From Ascoidea asiatica JCM 7603 (taxonomy: Eukaryota; Fungi; Ascomycota): 64,000 bases of DNA. Under the pieces are notes generated by a model. The model did no database searches. It saw nothing but the letters and a program-made list of their open reading frames with translations, and had not been told where the DNA came from. The stretch covers positions 824,731-888,730 of the forward strand of contig BCKQ01000006.1 of the NCBI GenBank assembly GCA_001600695.1, written 5' to 3'. Both the position numbers and the translations under genes were made by a program. Below are positions 48,101-59,895 of the stretch, one piece after another. Positions within the stretch are counted from its first letter, which is position 1. The number at the start of each line of letters is the position of its first letter.

Positions 48101-49900
48101 ATTGAAAAAGAAGGTAAAGAAAATGAATCAATAATTTCACTAGATGAAAATAAAATCCAAAATATTATTGAAGAGTTAAAGCATTCTTTAATTATTAGTT
48201 ATGGATATAATTATTTGATTAAACCTATAGAAAATTTATCACTTTATAATGAATATAAAGAAATATTTTCATGTAAATCATGTAAATATATTATTAATGA
48301 AAATAAACCGAATTCCAAACCAATTTTAATTCAGTATATAATAATTGATAAAGAAGAAATAGAAAATGAAAATAATATTGAAAATAGTATTAAAAATGAA
48401 AGCAGAGAAAAAGGTAAAGAAATAGAAATAAAAAATGATAAAAAAAGAGAAAAAGAAAATGAATTAGAAATAGAAATAGAAATAGTAAGTAAAGCAGAAA
48501 CTGAAAGTGAGATTGAACTAATAGATTTTGAAAAACTTGGAAATTTGAAAAATGTTTATAGCAAAGATATTGGAAGTAAACTTGTTTATCAATTTATGAA
48601 AGAATATGGATTTAAACATTTAAAATGTTGGATAATAAAAAGAATTCAAGATAATAAATATTGGTATTCATTTTGGAAAATTGAAGAATATGATGATGAA
48701 TTTTATTTTCTTGATAAAAGAATTAAAGAAAGGCAATTTATAATTTATGAATTTTTAAGAAGTCAAATAATTTTTGTTAATTTGATTAAAAGATTTATTA
48801 AAATTAGAGAAGAAATTGAAGAAAACTTTAAAATTTATTATCCATTTAAATATAAAGAATTTTTAAATAGTGTATTTGATTGTTTTGGAATGATTTTGAA
48901 AATTCATGAAAGAGAATTGATTAAACCAATGATTTTAAATTTTATTAAAGAAGGTCCATATATTAGAAAGAATTATTTGAGGATATTTGAAGGATGGTTA
49001 GAAAAGGGATTTCCAGTTTGGATTAAATTTATAGAAAGATTTTCAAAACTTTCAATGTATTTTAAAATTGGAAAATTTCATAAAGATAATAATATTTCAA
49101 TTAAAATTCCTAAAGATGGAAAAAGTTTCATTAATGGAGAAAATGAAAGTGAAAATAATGAAAAACTTGATGATATTGATTATATGATGTTAAATGATTT
49201 CGAAAAATTGAAGAAAAAACTTGAAGAAAGAAAAATAATGTCAGTTAAGACATTTAATAAGATAATTAATGAATATAATAGCATTTGTACACAAAATGGA
49301 TTGATATTTAAAGAATTAATTATAAGATATGATAAACATAAAGATAATGAAGAATATAAAAATTGCAATAGGATTTTGAATAAATTAGAGGAATTTAATT
49401 TTAAAATAAGTGATGCAATAATTTATTTTGAGTCTAGAAGTATTTATAATATAATAGATTGGAATAGATTTTTTGATTATAGACCATATTTTAATGATAA
49501 AAAGACGAGATTAATCTCAATTGGATATGGACAATATAAAAGGAAAATCCAAAGTGTTTGTAAAGAGCATATTGCTATATTATTATTCACAAATTCTTTA
49601 ATTGTGGGTAGATTTAATATAAGAAAATATGAATTTGAAGTGATTGAAGGACCTATTTTAATGGTTGATTTAGGAATCAAGATTCATCGGGAGGGTCTTT
49701 TAAAAAAAAGTAAAAGAAAAATGGAAGAAGAAGATAATGAACCACTAGAATCAGATAGTAAAAATGAGTTGACTAAAATCAGTTTGATTAATGGTTATAA
49801 TAATGCATACTGTTTGTGCTATGTTGCAAATTTTAATCTGGTGATTAGAAGGCCATTATTACGATTAAATGCTGAGTTTGCAAAGACAGTTTTTCAATAG
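45176..49900 (+). CDS. Divergent RhoGEF-like protein with two tandem DH-PH-like modules (Tus1/Rom-like), no CNH domain
   Basis: ERQFIIYEFLRSQ..F..VFDCF..ILKIHE.ELIKP..EGPYI..IFEGW is DH-like; internal repeat FQNWIRKSIPVWTNFVKRFSNL / FEGWLEKGFPVWIKFIERFSKL. Confidence 0.65.
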   Translation: MSNDENKYNNKSLDPFFNELNNTNNNVNNNFNNNSKMQENKLSNISNEDYLKFQEKMNLNMDETIRLAVSEAIKKSLSPSLSQNSTFNTFQPNNNNNVDNTNINNINNNINHSSLPYNSINSSLSSKNNISTNNVDYLVSNIQNSLSLQIKNMVPQILNQNLNLKNTSVNDIYPSPPFPHKLNIQTPTQSYTDNQNYNSPNYDPNSHYSSDLSPTDQQQYQTNYSFNQYSSEYKSPSDYKSIHDSPFHMHSSINNNSNSNNNYNNNNNNNNNSFFIKPSRSPSTRTSQSSLSNSRRLSFISDSTTSTSISEGIQTPSIHMQTKSINGINNNHEDFDKFNNLFSVPLTPIKQLPDDIISDYSGSQNLHNFKIKNNSNSSISLRNSSQTSINNIPSTTLPSPTINTTLNSNSKPPSRPDSKQGLRKNSLLSPTSSRYLSRKPSQSSISSSRQKLYSKLTLRTVGSSSKLNTIEQSDEHVNDFIQIQHQFHSNLIYLINAGNHLLCQERELCAPYGMNRFYNDSFYWINELAELHQLELLNPINNLKSNDFESFLKYFQNWIRKSIPVWTNFVKRFSNLLFFIKLSEFVSPTKRNSLILSKSPNAYYLNDPLNCFQNNFSKKFLNWKNNVSEIGIISNNLINKFFSQNFLDIIFDYNEQLIDMIDHISIQNLISFHSSSETKNCIHLFKSEIESSLSVSKTETVLSLLSWKEFFFDKVKLFDLIKDILFISLFKGEQKIFHSENNVEVRNIIFLVFSAHLIIVKVDFNRTGTYQLTVIDDPISLKILTKEEKKKVCYEGLDDIRQIFETSSIRSSSISSKENLSIISPLHESLSPNAMETIKKSVSRTSETSSTKSILSRSNSALIKNKSSASKRNSILSTKLLIQEKNNLNDFQNVPKITESETQVFSDIRKPLLISHKTNLSSNNSSINTKATITENFNPIKSKPINNNSSFNYNYNENLSESISEKKLPINYFSYIEKEGKENESIISLDENKIQNIIEELKHSLIISYGYNYLIKPIENLSLYNEYKEIFSCKSCKYIINENKPNSKPILIQYIIIDKEEIENENNIENSIKNESREKGKEIEIKNDKKREKENELEIEIEIVSKAETESEIELIDFEKLGNLKNVYSKDIGSKLVYQFMKEYGFKHLKCWIIKRIQDNKYWYSFWKIEEYDDEFYFLDKRIKERQFIIYEFLRSQIIFVNLIKRFIKIREEIEENFKIYYPFKYKEFLNSVFDCFGMILKIHERELIKPMILNFIKEGPYIRKNYLRIFEGWLEKGFPVWIKFIERFSKLSMYFKIGKFHKDNNISIKIPKDGKSFINGENESENNEKLDDIDYMMLNDFEKLKKKLEERKIMSVKTFNKIINEYNSICTQNGLIFKELIIRYDKHKDNEEYKNCNRILNKLEEFNFKISDAIIYFESRSIYNIIDWNRFFDYRPYFNDKKTRLISIGYGQYKRKIQSVCKEHIAILLFTNSLIVGRFNIRKYEFEVIEGPILMVDLGIKIHREGLLKKSKRKMEEEDNEPLESDSKNELTKISLINGYNNAYCLCYVANFNLVIRRPLLRLNAEFAKTVFQ

Positions 49901-50394
49901 ACTGATAGCTGGAATTGAATGAATAAGGGTTATCTCTGTAAGGACCTCTTGACTAAATAAAGACTTCTAAGAAAAATTACTTTGGCTGATATAAAGTTAT
50001 TATTTTATTTAATATTTATTTAATATTTATTTAATGTTTATTTAATGTTTATTCTACTACGTTACCATCCGGTGAATATAATTTAGTATATCTGATCGAA
50101 ATAGGAAACAAAACTGAATCACGTGTACATATAAAGCCGTGTTTGTGGGTCTTACATTTTAACAGCGGGCTTGTTCTGGCACATGAGCTGGCTGGGGACC
50201 TTAAAATAAAATAAAGGTGTCTCTGAGTGTCTGAGCGAAAGGGATGGAGGATTGATCTGAGATAATGTAAAAATATATGACTGTGATTGTAATTGTAATT
50301 ATATATCAAAAGTATCAATGTGTGAATGAATATAAATGTATAGTTGCTATATAGAAATAACAATTTATTCCATCTCTTAGTTCGCAGATTCAAT

Positions 50395-51245
50395 ATGGTA
50401 AGCTTAACTCTTTTTCTTCTTTTAATTCTTCATCTATTATTACCTTACCGTTCAACTTCTAACAAACTGTTTTTTTATTTTCTTTTAATCACCATTTAAA
50501 GAATTCACTTTATAATTTAGCTTTGAAACAAACAAATACTTTAAACAATGATTTGAAAAAATTCCAAGATGATTACAAAAATTCACCATTGTCTTTACAA
50601 GGACAGATCTCCACAACTTTAAATTCTTTACAAAGGACAATAAATGATTATAATAAATTAATTTCAAATGAAGTTGATAGTATCAAAAAAGAGAAGAATT
50701 TAAATAGATTGAAAAACTTTGAAGAAAATTTAAAAAATTATAAAGCTTTATTCAAGGAATTAAAACAGAAAAAACAATCATATTTAGAAGAATTTCAAAG
50801 AAATCAATTATTTCAAAATTTCTCTTCTTCTTCAAATTCAAATTTGAAAAATAGATCAATTCATAATCATTTATCAAATTCTTCAGTTACCTCAAGTGAT
50901 AATCCTTTCTCAAATATAAGTAATACAGATAATATAAATTTAGATTCAAATAGCAATTATAAAAATGATCAATTATTTAAAGAACATGATACTTTAGCTA
51001 GATCAAATCAACAATTAGATGAAATTTTAGAAATGGGTAGAGAAGCATTTGATAATATTGTTGAACAAAATCAATATATTAAAAAAATTCAAAATAAAAT
51101 GTTACAAAGTTTAAATACTTTAGGTGTTTCTCAATCAACTATAAGGCAAATAGATAAATTAGCTTTCAAAGATAAATGGTTTTTTTATATTGGTGCAATT
51201 TTATTATTCGTATCTTTTTATTTTATACTTAAATGGTTTAAATAA
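50395..51245 (+). CDS. BOS1: ER-Golgi Qb-SNARE Bos1; join(50395-50397, 50502-51245)
   Basis: M|NSLYNLALKQ..., LARSNQQLDEILEMGR, LNTLGVSQSTIRQI..AFKDKWFF + TM; intron GTAAGC..TTCTAAC..AAG after the ATG. Confidence 0.95.
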
Positions 51246-51416
51246 TGATTTAAATAATTTTCTAAATATGATATTTTTCAGATATTCTCTTAAATGTTCA
51301 TTTATTGAAATTTACAAGAGTTATATTGAATTAAAATAAATATTTCTTGAAGTATTAAATTTTAACTTTTTTTTTATTATTTTTTTTTATTTTATTTTTA
51401 TTTTCCTTTTTTTTTT

Positions 51417-52255
51417 TCAAAAATATCCACCAGGTAGATCTTCATCTTCATCACCATAATTATCATTCATATCATCAACTTGTCTTAATAATAAAGTTGG
51501 ATGATGTTCACTTAAACTTTTAAATACTTTAATTGGTTTATCATTTTTACTTAATATTTTTTCTTTATCACCATAACAAATAACTAAAGCATAATTATCA
51601 TTTGATACATTATATTTAGCTTTAACTAAATTAAAAACTTTTTCATATGAATCATTATCACCATCAATTTTTAATGATTTTTTAACTGCTTGTCCAACAT
51701 TATTATTTGATGAAGATGAATTTGATACATTTCTCATAGAAGATGATGATAATGGTGTATTTAAATTAGATGAATTAATTAAATTTGATGTTGATAAATT
51801 TGATCTTGAAATATTATTACTAGAAATATTACTAATATTATTTGTTGTAGGAGAAATAGTTTTATATGGTATTGAAGATGTTATAATTTTTGAAGTTGTT
51901 CTTTTTGAATATTCTTTACCTGGAGTTATATTTGAATTTGAATGATTCAGAGTTGAACTTAAATTTGAATTTAAATTTGATGAAGATGAAGAAAGATTTG
52001 TTTGTGATAAATTTAAATATAAATTATTAATATTATGATTTTTATTCTTACTTCTTGTTCTATTTAAATTATATATTGAATTTGGTAATGTACTTCCTGA
52101 AATATTATTAGTTGAATTATTGTTTTTTATAGAATTATTATTATTATTTTCGTTATTGCTATTGTTTGTAGTATTGTTATTATTACTGCTACTATTAGAA
52201 CTACTACTACTATTATTGTTGTTATTATTATTATTATTATTATTGTTATTGTTAC

Positions 52256-52316
<61 letters not shown>

Positions 52317-53158
52317 GAGATTATTGGCTATATTACTATTGGAAGAAGAAGATGTTAATTTCTTTAATGGATTTGATAATAATCTTTCAGATTTATTTCT
52401 AATTAAAGAAGTAAAACTTGAATTTGAATGATTTGTTAAAGGTGTACTTAAACTTGAATTATTTAAGGTTACATTCACACTTAGATTATTAGCATTATTA
52501 TTATTGTTGTTGTTAGTAACTGAGCTTGAATTTGAATTTTGATTAGATATATGTAAAGAATCATTTGAAATTGAAGATATTGGAGTATTTAGATTTGAAT
52601 TTGAATTAGAATTAGAATTAGAATTTGAGTTTGATATTGAATTTGGAATTGAATTTGATGATGATTGATTATGTGAGTCTATTGAATTATCAGTTTGAGC
52701 TTGATTATTATTATTATTATTATTATTGTTATTATTATTGTTATTATTATTGTTATTATTATTGTTATTATTTTTTTTCTTATGTAATAAAGACATTGAT
52801 CTTTTTCTAATTAATTGAATAGTTGATTCATGATTTGAACTTGAATTTGAATTAGAATTAGAGTTAAAGTTAGAGTTTGAATCATCATGATTATTTGAAG
52901 TAGGTAAATTTGAAGCTAATATTGAACTTGAAGAAGATTGAGAAGAAGTACGAGTATGAGAATGAGTATGAATATTATTGTTATTATTAATATTATTATT
53001 AATTGTTTGATTATTTAAATTGATTATTGAACTTTTTCTTGAATTTGAAATTGAATTAGCATTATTAATGATATTTATTGATTGATTTTTTTTAAGAATA
53101 TTTTGAACTTCTTTATTAGAAGAAGTTATACCAGTTGGAGAAGATATTAATATTGAAG

Positions 53159-53192
<34 letters not shown>

Positions 53193-53736
53193 GTTGGAGT
53201 TGTTAATATTTTGAAAAGAAGTATTGATTAAAGTTGGAGAATTTGAAGTTGGAGAATTTAAATTTGAAGTTGAAGATAAATTATGTAAATCATTATTATT
53301 TGATAAATCAGGTAAAGGTTTATTACCTTTAATAGTTTTAAATAATTTTGAAGTTTCATCTTTTAATTTAATAATTTTTTCATTTAATTTTTCAATATCT
53401 TGATCAATTTTTAAATCTTTAATTAAAATTGAATTATCATTTGAGATAAAATTATTTTGTAAAAGATAAATTAATAAATTTTTAATAATTGGTAAAGAAT
53501 TATAAATATTATTTGAAATTAAAATTTCATTATTTTTTAAATTTTTAATATTAATATTTGAATTATTATAATTTTCAATTAAATTTGAAATATTTTTTTT
53601 TAAAATTAATTTAACTTTTAAACTTTTTATATTCATATCATTTAAATATTTTGAATTATTAATTAGATAAATTAATTGATTACCAGTAATATTATTATCT
53701 AAGAATTTTTTTGCAATTGATTTTGAATTTAAAATT

Positions 53737-53771
<35 letters not shown>

Positions 53772-53882
53772 GTTATTATTGTTATTATTTGAAGTAGAAG
53801 ATGTATTGATTGAATTCAATTCATTCATTTGAAGTACCCAATTATATACATCAATTGAAGACCATTCTAGGATCGAATTCAT
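51417..53882 (-). CDS. STE50: MAPK adaptor Ste50 (SAM + RA) with extreme poly-Asn/Ser linker
   Basis: WSSIDVYNWV SAM, FLDNNITG, KPLP, YALVICYGDKEKIL...KP, terminal PGG; divergent from RRP7 as in S. cerevisiae. Confidence 0.92.
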
Positions 53883-54588
53883 TTTTAGCGAAATGATTAA
53901 AGCAAATGAGAGATAGATTAATAAGATTATAGGAATGTAAGAATATAAAAGATGAAAAGATGAAAATGAATATATGAAAAAAAAATAAAAAGTTAGCTAT
54001 GAGAGTAAATGTTTGATAAGCAAATGAAAAGCCAAGTTATTTTTTGTACAGTTTTTTTTGATTCTTATTCAATACTTTCTTTTAATTGATATTTTTGACC
54101 AAATAATAGTTATAATATACTGTATGGATTGATGAATTAGACCTTTATTTTAATAGTACTTTAATAGTATTTTAATATATCACTGTTATTAACTACAGTA
54201 CAGTAGGTGATAATGATATTCAGATGCTTGTTGTGTATTGTGCAGAGTATTTCCAAGTACGTTTCACACTTTCCTGGTCTTATCTCAGGAAAGTTCCGAG
54301 CATCAGGTGATGTAAAATGGTTTTTTTTTTCTGTATATGGTATTTTTAGACTTAATTTCCGACTAGTCACCCCCGGCTCTTTGCCAGGACTCCCAGACAG
54401 ACGACTTTCCTTATTAAGGTTAGAAAATTTATTTTTAAATTTGAAAAAAAATAACAGGCAAAGGAAAATACTCCTGGAAATTAGAATTGTAAATTTATAT
54501 TCTTTCTTTCTTTTACTTACTTATATATTTATATAATTTATAAGAGAAAGTAATAGAAGTATTATATAATTATAGATTGTAGTGAAGG

Positions 54589-55608
54589 ATGAGTGGATTG
54601 GAGATTAAAGGGTTTTTAATATTACCTATAAGGATATATAGTAATGTTGATAATAAGGAAATTTTACATTATATATATTTAAAAAAACATGATAAAGAAG
54701 ATAAAGAGAATAGTAAAAAAGGAAATAAATTATTTGTTATAAATTTTCCAAAAGATATAAGTTTAAAGAAAATTCGAAATATTTTCACAAATCAAATAAG
54801 TGAGAATAAATCAAGAATTTTAAGTTATATTAATAATAATAATAATAATAATAATGGCAATAGTAATAGTAATAGTAATACAAATAATTTAATAGATTTA
54901 AATAAATTGAGTAATGAATATGAAATAGATAAAGAAAATAATCAAGATAAAGATAAAGAAGATAATAATATACCAAGAAATTGTTCAATTGTTGAATTTA
55001 TTGATAAAATTGATTTAAATATTTTTTTAAAAAATGTTAAAAAATTAATAAAAATTTATTTTAAAGATAATAAAAATATAAATAATTTACCATTATATCC
55101 ATCAAATGAAGATGATGAAGATGATGAAAATTTATCATATGGATATAAAAGATATTTAAATAAATTAAATAATAATTTAATTTCAAATAATAATAAAAAT
55201 AATTTATTAAAAGAAATTAATTTATCAATAATAAAATTTAATGAAAAAGAAGAAAATGAAATAAATTCAATAAATCATAATAACGGTAATACCAACGAAG
55301 ACAATGATAATGAGAATGAAAATGAAAATAAAATAATTGATGAAGATGGATTTGAAATGGTTGTTCATAAACATAGAAAAACTAAAAAAGCAATATTAGG
55401 TAAAATTAGTAAATTAAAATTAAATTCAAATTCAAATTTAAAAGCAAAATTAAATAAAAAAAATGAAAAAAAATTAAAAGATGATTTTTATAGATTTCAA
55501 ATTAGAGAAAAAAAGAAAAATGAAATGAATAATTTATTAATTAAATTTCAAGAAGATAAAGCAAAAGTTGAATTACTTAAAAATAAAAGATCCTTCAATC
55601 CCTATTAA
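54589..55608 (+). CDS. RRP7: rRNA processing protein Rrp7
   Basis: IKGFLILP, HYIYLKKH, DEDGFEMV, DFYRFQIREKKKNEMNNLL.KFQEDK...KRSFNPY. Confidence 0.95.
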   Translation: MSGLEIKGFLILPIRIYSNVDNKEILHYIYLKKHDKEDKENSKKGNKLFVINFPKDISLKKIRNIFTNQISENKSRILSYINNNNNNNNGNSNSNSNTNNLIDLNKLSNEYEIDKENNQDKDKEDNNIPRNCSIVEFIDKIDLNIFLKNVKKLIKIYFKDNKNINNLPLYPSNEDDEDDENLSYGYKRYLNKLNNNLISNNNKNNLLKEINLSIIKFNEKEENEINSINHNNGNTNEDNDNENENENKIIDEDGFEMVVHKHRKTKKAILGKISKLKLNSNSNLKAKLNKKNEKKLKDDFYRFQIREKKKNEMNNLLIKFQEDKAKVELLKNKRSFNPY

Positions 55609-56629
55609 CTTCAATCTATTCTCAATCTGTATTTCAATCATTCAATCATTTGATAATGTAATGATATAATAATCTAATAATATAATTTATTCAATAAATA
55701 GTGATTAAAGATGAATATTTATTAGACAATACATACCTGTAGAAAGAAATAAATATATGAGTAGTCAGCATTTCTAGTATATTATGTAATCATAATTTTT
55801 TTATTTTTCATTTATATAATAAAAGAGACCAGTTACGTGGTATTCCTTAACGTTCCCGGGATGCAGTCACGGGAGCAGGGACCGTTGGCAGGGGTGTCAG
55901 GTGGTGGCAGAGGAGCCAAAGCTGCCGAAGCTGCGATTAGTAAGAATTCTGGCGAGAGGTTCCGTGGAGGTAAGTGAATGAACTAGTTCTGTATTCTTCA
56001 CTCTATTTACACTCTTTATTTACACTCTTTATTTACACTCTTTATTTACACTTGGCTCACCCTCAGAGAAAACGAGAGAGAGAGAGAGAAAGAGAGAGAG
56101 TGGAGTTCTCTGGTGAGTGTTGTGGTTACTGGGTGCAATTGTTTGAGATCTTGCCAGTGGTAAGTGTAACTATGTAATTAGCGTAGTTACCTTAACTACT
56201 TGAACATCGAGCTTATTAACTTACTAGAATCATTACAAATTCTATTACAAAAATATTACTAAAATATTGAAAGAAATATTGAAATAACAAATTCAAGTTA
56301 TTGACTGTTACATAATAAAGCAACCTATTTAATTCATCGCAATTAAATAATTACTTATCCTTCTTTTACAATTCTCTTTGTTCAATTAAATATTTATATA
56401 AATATATATATATATATAAATATAAATACATATACTAATTGACATACAATTATATATAATTAATTATTTCTTAAAATATTATCTTGGGTATCTTTTAATC
56501 CATATACTCCACTACTTCTCAATTTGATTCAATTCAATTCGATTTAGTCATCTCATCTCATCTCATAGTAAACTCAATTCAATTCAATTCAATTCAATTC
56601 AATTAAATTCAATTCAATTTATTTAAAAA

Positions 56630-58129
56630 ATGTCTGAATCTTCAAATATAAAACCAACTGCAGATTTTGCTTTAATTGGTTTGGCTGTAATGGGTCAAAA
56701 TTTAATTTTAAATGCTGCTGATCATGGTTTTACTGTTGTTGCTTATAATAGAACTGTTTCAAAAGTTGATCATTTTATTAATAATGAAGCAAAAGGTAAA
56801 TCAATTATTGGTGTTCATTCAATTCCAGAATTAATTCAAAATTTAAAAAAACCAAGAAGAATTATGTTATTAGTTAAAGCTGGTCCTGCTGTTGATTCTT
56901 TTATAACTCAAATTTTACCTTTATTAGATCAAGGTGATATTATTATTGATGGTGGTAATTCTCATTTTCCTGATTCAAATAGAAGATATAATGAATTAAA
57001 AGAAAAAGGTATTTTATTTGTTGGTTCTGGTGTTTCTGGTGGTGAAGAAGGTGCAAGATTTGGTCCTTCTTTAATGCCTGGTGGTCATAAAGATGCTTGG
57101 CCACATATTAAAAATATTTTTCAATCAATTTCTGCAAAATCTGATGGTGAACCATGTTGTGATTGGGTTGGTCCTGCAGGTTCTGGTCATTATGTTAAAA
57201 TGGTTCATAATGGTATTGAATATGGTGATATGCAATTAATTTGTGAAGCTTATGATATAATGAAAAGAATTGGTAATTTTACTGATAAAGAAATTGGTAA
57301 TGTTTTTGAAAAATGGAATAAAGGTGTACTTGATTCATTTTTAATTGAAATTACAAGAGATATTTTAAAATATGATGATATTGATGGTACTCCATTAGTT
57401 GAAAAAATTTTAGATTCCGCAGGTCAAAAAGGTACTGGTAAATGGACTGCAATTAATGCTTTAGATTTAGGTATGCCAGTAACTTTAATTGGTGAAGCTG
57501 TATTTTCAAGATGTCTTTCTTCAATTAAAAATGAAAGAGTTAAAGCTTCTAAAATTTTATTTGGTCCAAAAATTCCAAATGATTTAATTAATGATTCAAA
57601 TAAATCTGAATTTATTGATAATTTAGAACAAGCTTTATATGCTTCTAAAATTATTTCTTATACTCAAGGTTTTATGTTAATTAGAGAAGCTGCAAAAGAA
57701 TATAATTGGAAATTAAATAATCCTGCAATTGCTTTAATGTGGAGAGGTGGTTGTATAATTAGATCTGTATTCTTAGGTGAAATTACAAATGCTTTTAAAC
57801 AACAACCAGATTTAGAAAATTTATTATTCAATGATTTTTTTAAAAATGCAATTGATAAAGCTCAAAAAGGTTGGAGAAAAACTTTAAGTTTAGGTATTGA
57901 ATATGGTATTCCAACTCCTGCATTTTCAACAGCTTTAGCATTTTATGATGGTTATAGAAGTGAAAGATTACCTGCAAATTTATTACAAGCTCAAAGAGAT
58001 TATTTTGGTGCTCATACTTTTAAAGTTTTACCTGAACATGCTGATGATCATTTACCAAAAGGTCAAGATATTCATATTAATTGGACTGGTCGTGGTGGTA
58101 ATATTTCTGCTTCAACTTATTCTGCCTAA
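56630..58129 (+). CDS. GND1: 6-phosphogluconate dehydrogenase, decarboxylating
   Basis: LIGLAVMGQNL, GSGVSGGEEGAR, GHYVKMVHNGIEYGDMQ, PANLLQAQRDYFGAHT. Confidence 0.98.
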   Translation: MSESSNIKPTADFALIGLAVMGQNLILNAADHGFTVVAYNRTVSKVDHFINNEAKGKSIIGVHSIPELIQNLKKPRRIMLLVKAGPAVDSFITQILPLLDQGDIIIDGGNSHFPDSNRRYNELKEKGILFVGSGVSGGEEGARFGPSLMPGGHKDAWPHIKNIFQSISAKSDGEPCCDWVGPAGSGHYVKMVHNGIEYGDMQLICEAYDIMKRIGNFTDKEIGNVFEKWNKGVLDSFLIEITRDILKYDDIDGTPLVEKILDSAGQKGTGKWTAINALDLGMPVTLIGEAVFSRCLSSIKNERVKASKILFGPKIPNDLINDSNKSEFIDNLEQALYASKIISYTQGFMLIREAAKEYNWKLNNPAIALMWRGGCIIRSVFLGEITNAFKQQPDLENLLFNDFFKNAIDKAQKGWRKTLSLGIEYGIPTPAFSTALAFYDGYRSERLPANLLQAQRDYFGAHTFKVLPEHADDHLPKGQDIHINWTGRGGNISASTYSA

Positions 58130-58369
58130 TTATTAAATAATTTTCGAATATATACTTATTTATATACAAATATATATAAAAATATACATATTGTATACTG
58201 TATATAAAAATTCTCAATTTATTCATATTCTTTTACTGAAGTGAAATAAAATAAAATGAATTAAATTTAATTATTACTATTGTAAGGCGATTGATTAACA
58301 AGTAAAGATTAACGATTAAATTTATTGAAATATAAAAATGTAAAGAGATAAAATTTTAAGTTTTTTTAA

Positions 58370-59013
58370 TTAAATATTATCAATATCTAAATCAGATTTT
58401 TCACCATCATCTTCGGAAGCATTACCGAATTCGAAATTAACATCTTCTTCATCTTCATCAGCACCGAAATTAGATTCATTAATTTTAGCATTTTCAGGTA
58501 ATTCACCCATAGTTTTAAGACCTCTTGCTTCATCAGCATTATATTTTTGAATAACATCACATTGACCATCTTGAAAATCTCTTAAAGAAACTAAAATAAT
58601 ATCACCAATACCCATCCAAACTTTTTTTCTTAATTTACCTCTAATATGTCCTAATCTTTTTATACCATCAAAACATTGAACTTCAATTCTACCATTACCA
58701 ACCATTTTTGTAACTTGAGCATATTCTTGTCCTTCATCTTTGGTAACTAATTCTCTTTTTTGACTGTCACTTTCATTTTTTCCACGACGTCTATTTTTAC
58801 CACCCTATTTTATTAAAAAAAAAAAAAAATGATTAGTAAAAAGTCCTTATGATTCGTATGTTAATAAAATTATAAATAATCATTAAATACAAATAATAAC
58901 TAAAAATAATTTGTAATTTATAAAATATAGATTATAAATCATAAAGTATGTATCATGAATAATGAATCATGAATAACAAATCTAAAACATACTTTTCCTT
59001 TATTTTTTGGCAT
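58370..59013 (-). CDS. TIF11: Translation initiation factor eIF1A; complement(join 58993-59013, 58370-58804)
   Basis: MPKNKGK|[37 protein letters not shown]; intron 58805-58992 GTATGT..TACTAAT..TAG. Confidence 0.96.
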
Positions 59014-59895
59014 TTTGAATAAGAATTTAATATATGAAAACTAAAGCTATAATATTCAGTAATATGTTATAATGTAATATGATATAGTATAATATGATAT
59101 AATATAATATAATATTAGATAATTTGATATGATTCTTAAAATTAAATTTACAGAAAAGTTGTATAAAAGAGTAAAGCTCTGAATATATATACTTTATTCA
59201 AAGAAAGTATAAAAACTCTACTTTATTCTGCTGTGGTAATGAAAAAAGTAAAAGAAAAGCCAAAGACAAACTTGGATCAATAATAAAATATAATAAAATA
59301 TAAAATAGAAAATATAAAATATAAGTACACGCGATACCAAGGTCGGAACTTTGTTTTTAAACACCTTATACAACCCCCGAATTTCAGTCCTGATTATAGT
59401 AAAACCTGCAGTCATGTGCTCAGCTACAGTTTATTTCCGAGGCTAAAACCACCGCGTTATTGCGCTGCAAAATAACAGCCCACTAAACTGGTTTTGCGGT
59501 ATCGGTATTTCAATGCTATGTTTACAGCGGAGTACTCTTGCGGATAGTTTTATGCATTTAAACCCGTCAGGTTCCGTTCCGGATAAGTCCCAGAGTTCTG
59601 GCGTTGTTTCTGGGTATTAGCGGCAGCAGTCCTCGTACGTCATGCACCTGCCGTGGGGCTGTTTCCGGCCTTTCATCTGCTGGATTTATTGGTTCTTGAT
59701 CTTGGCTTGGCTTAATTCTTTCATTTCCTAAATAAATTATCAATCATCAAATATCAAATATGATTTGGGTGTTCTGAATTCAAGTATTTTATTTCTCTGG
59801 TTTCATTATTTCATTTCAATTCTTTATTTATATTATCCCTTGAAAAAACATTTTATCAGAATTTTAGATTCTGATTTCTATTACTAGAAAAAACA

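Noticed and set aside
52120-52431. Poly-Leu ORF and similar antisense ORFs inside GAT1, STB4 and the RhoGEF
   Set aside because: Antisense reading of (AAT)n tracts or shadow ORFs
55960-56665. Possible alternatively spliced PTS2 isoform of GND1, as in Candida albicans
   Set aside because: GTAAGT motifs exist upstream, but there is an in-frame TAA two codons before the ATG and I found no ATG-led PTS2-coding exon
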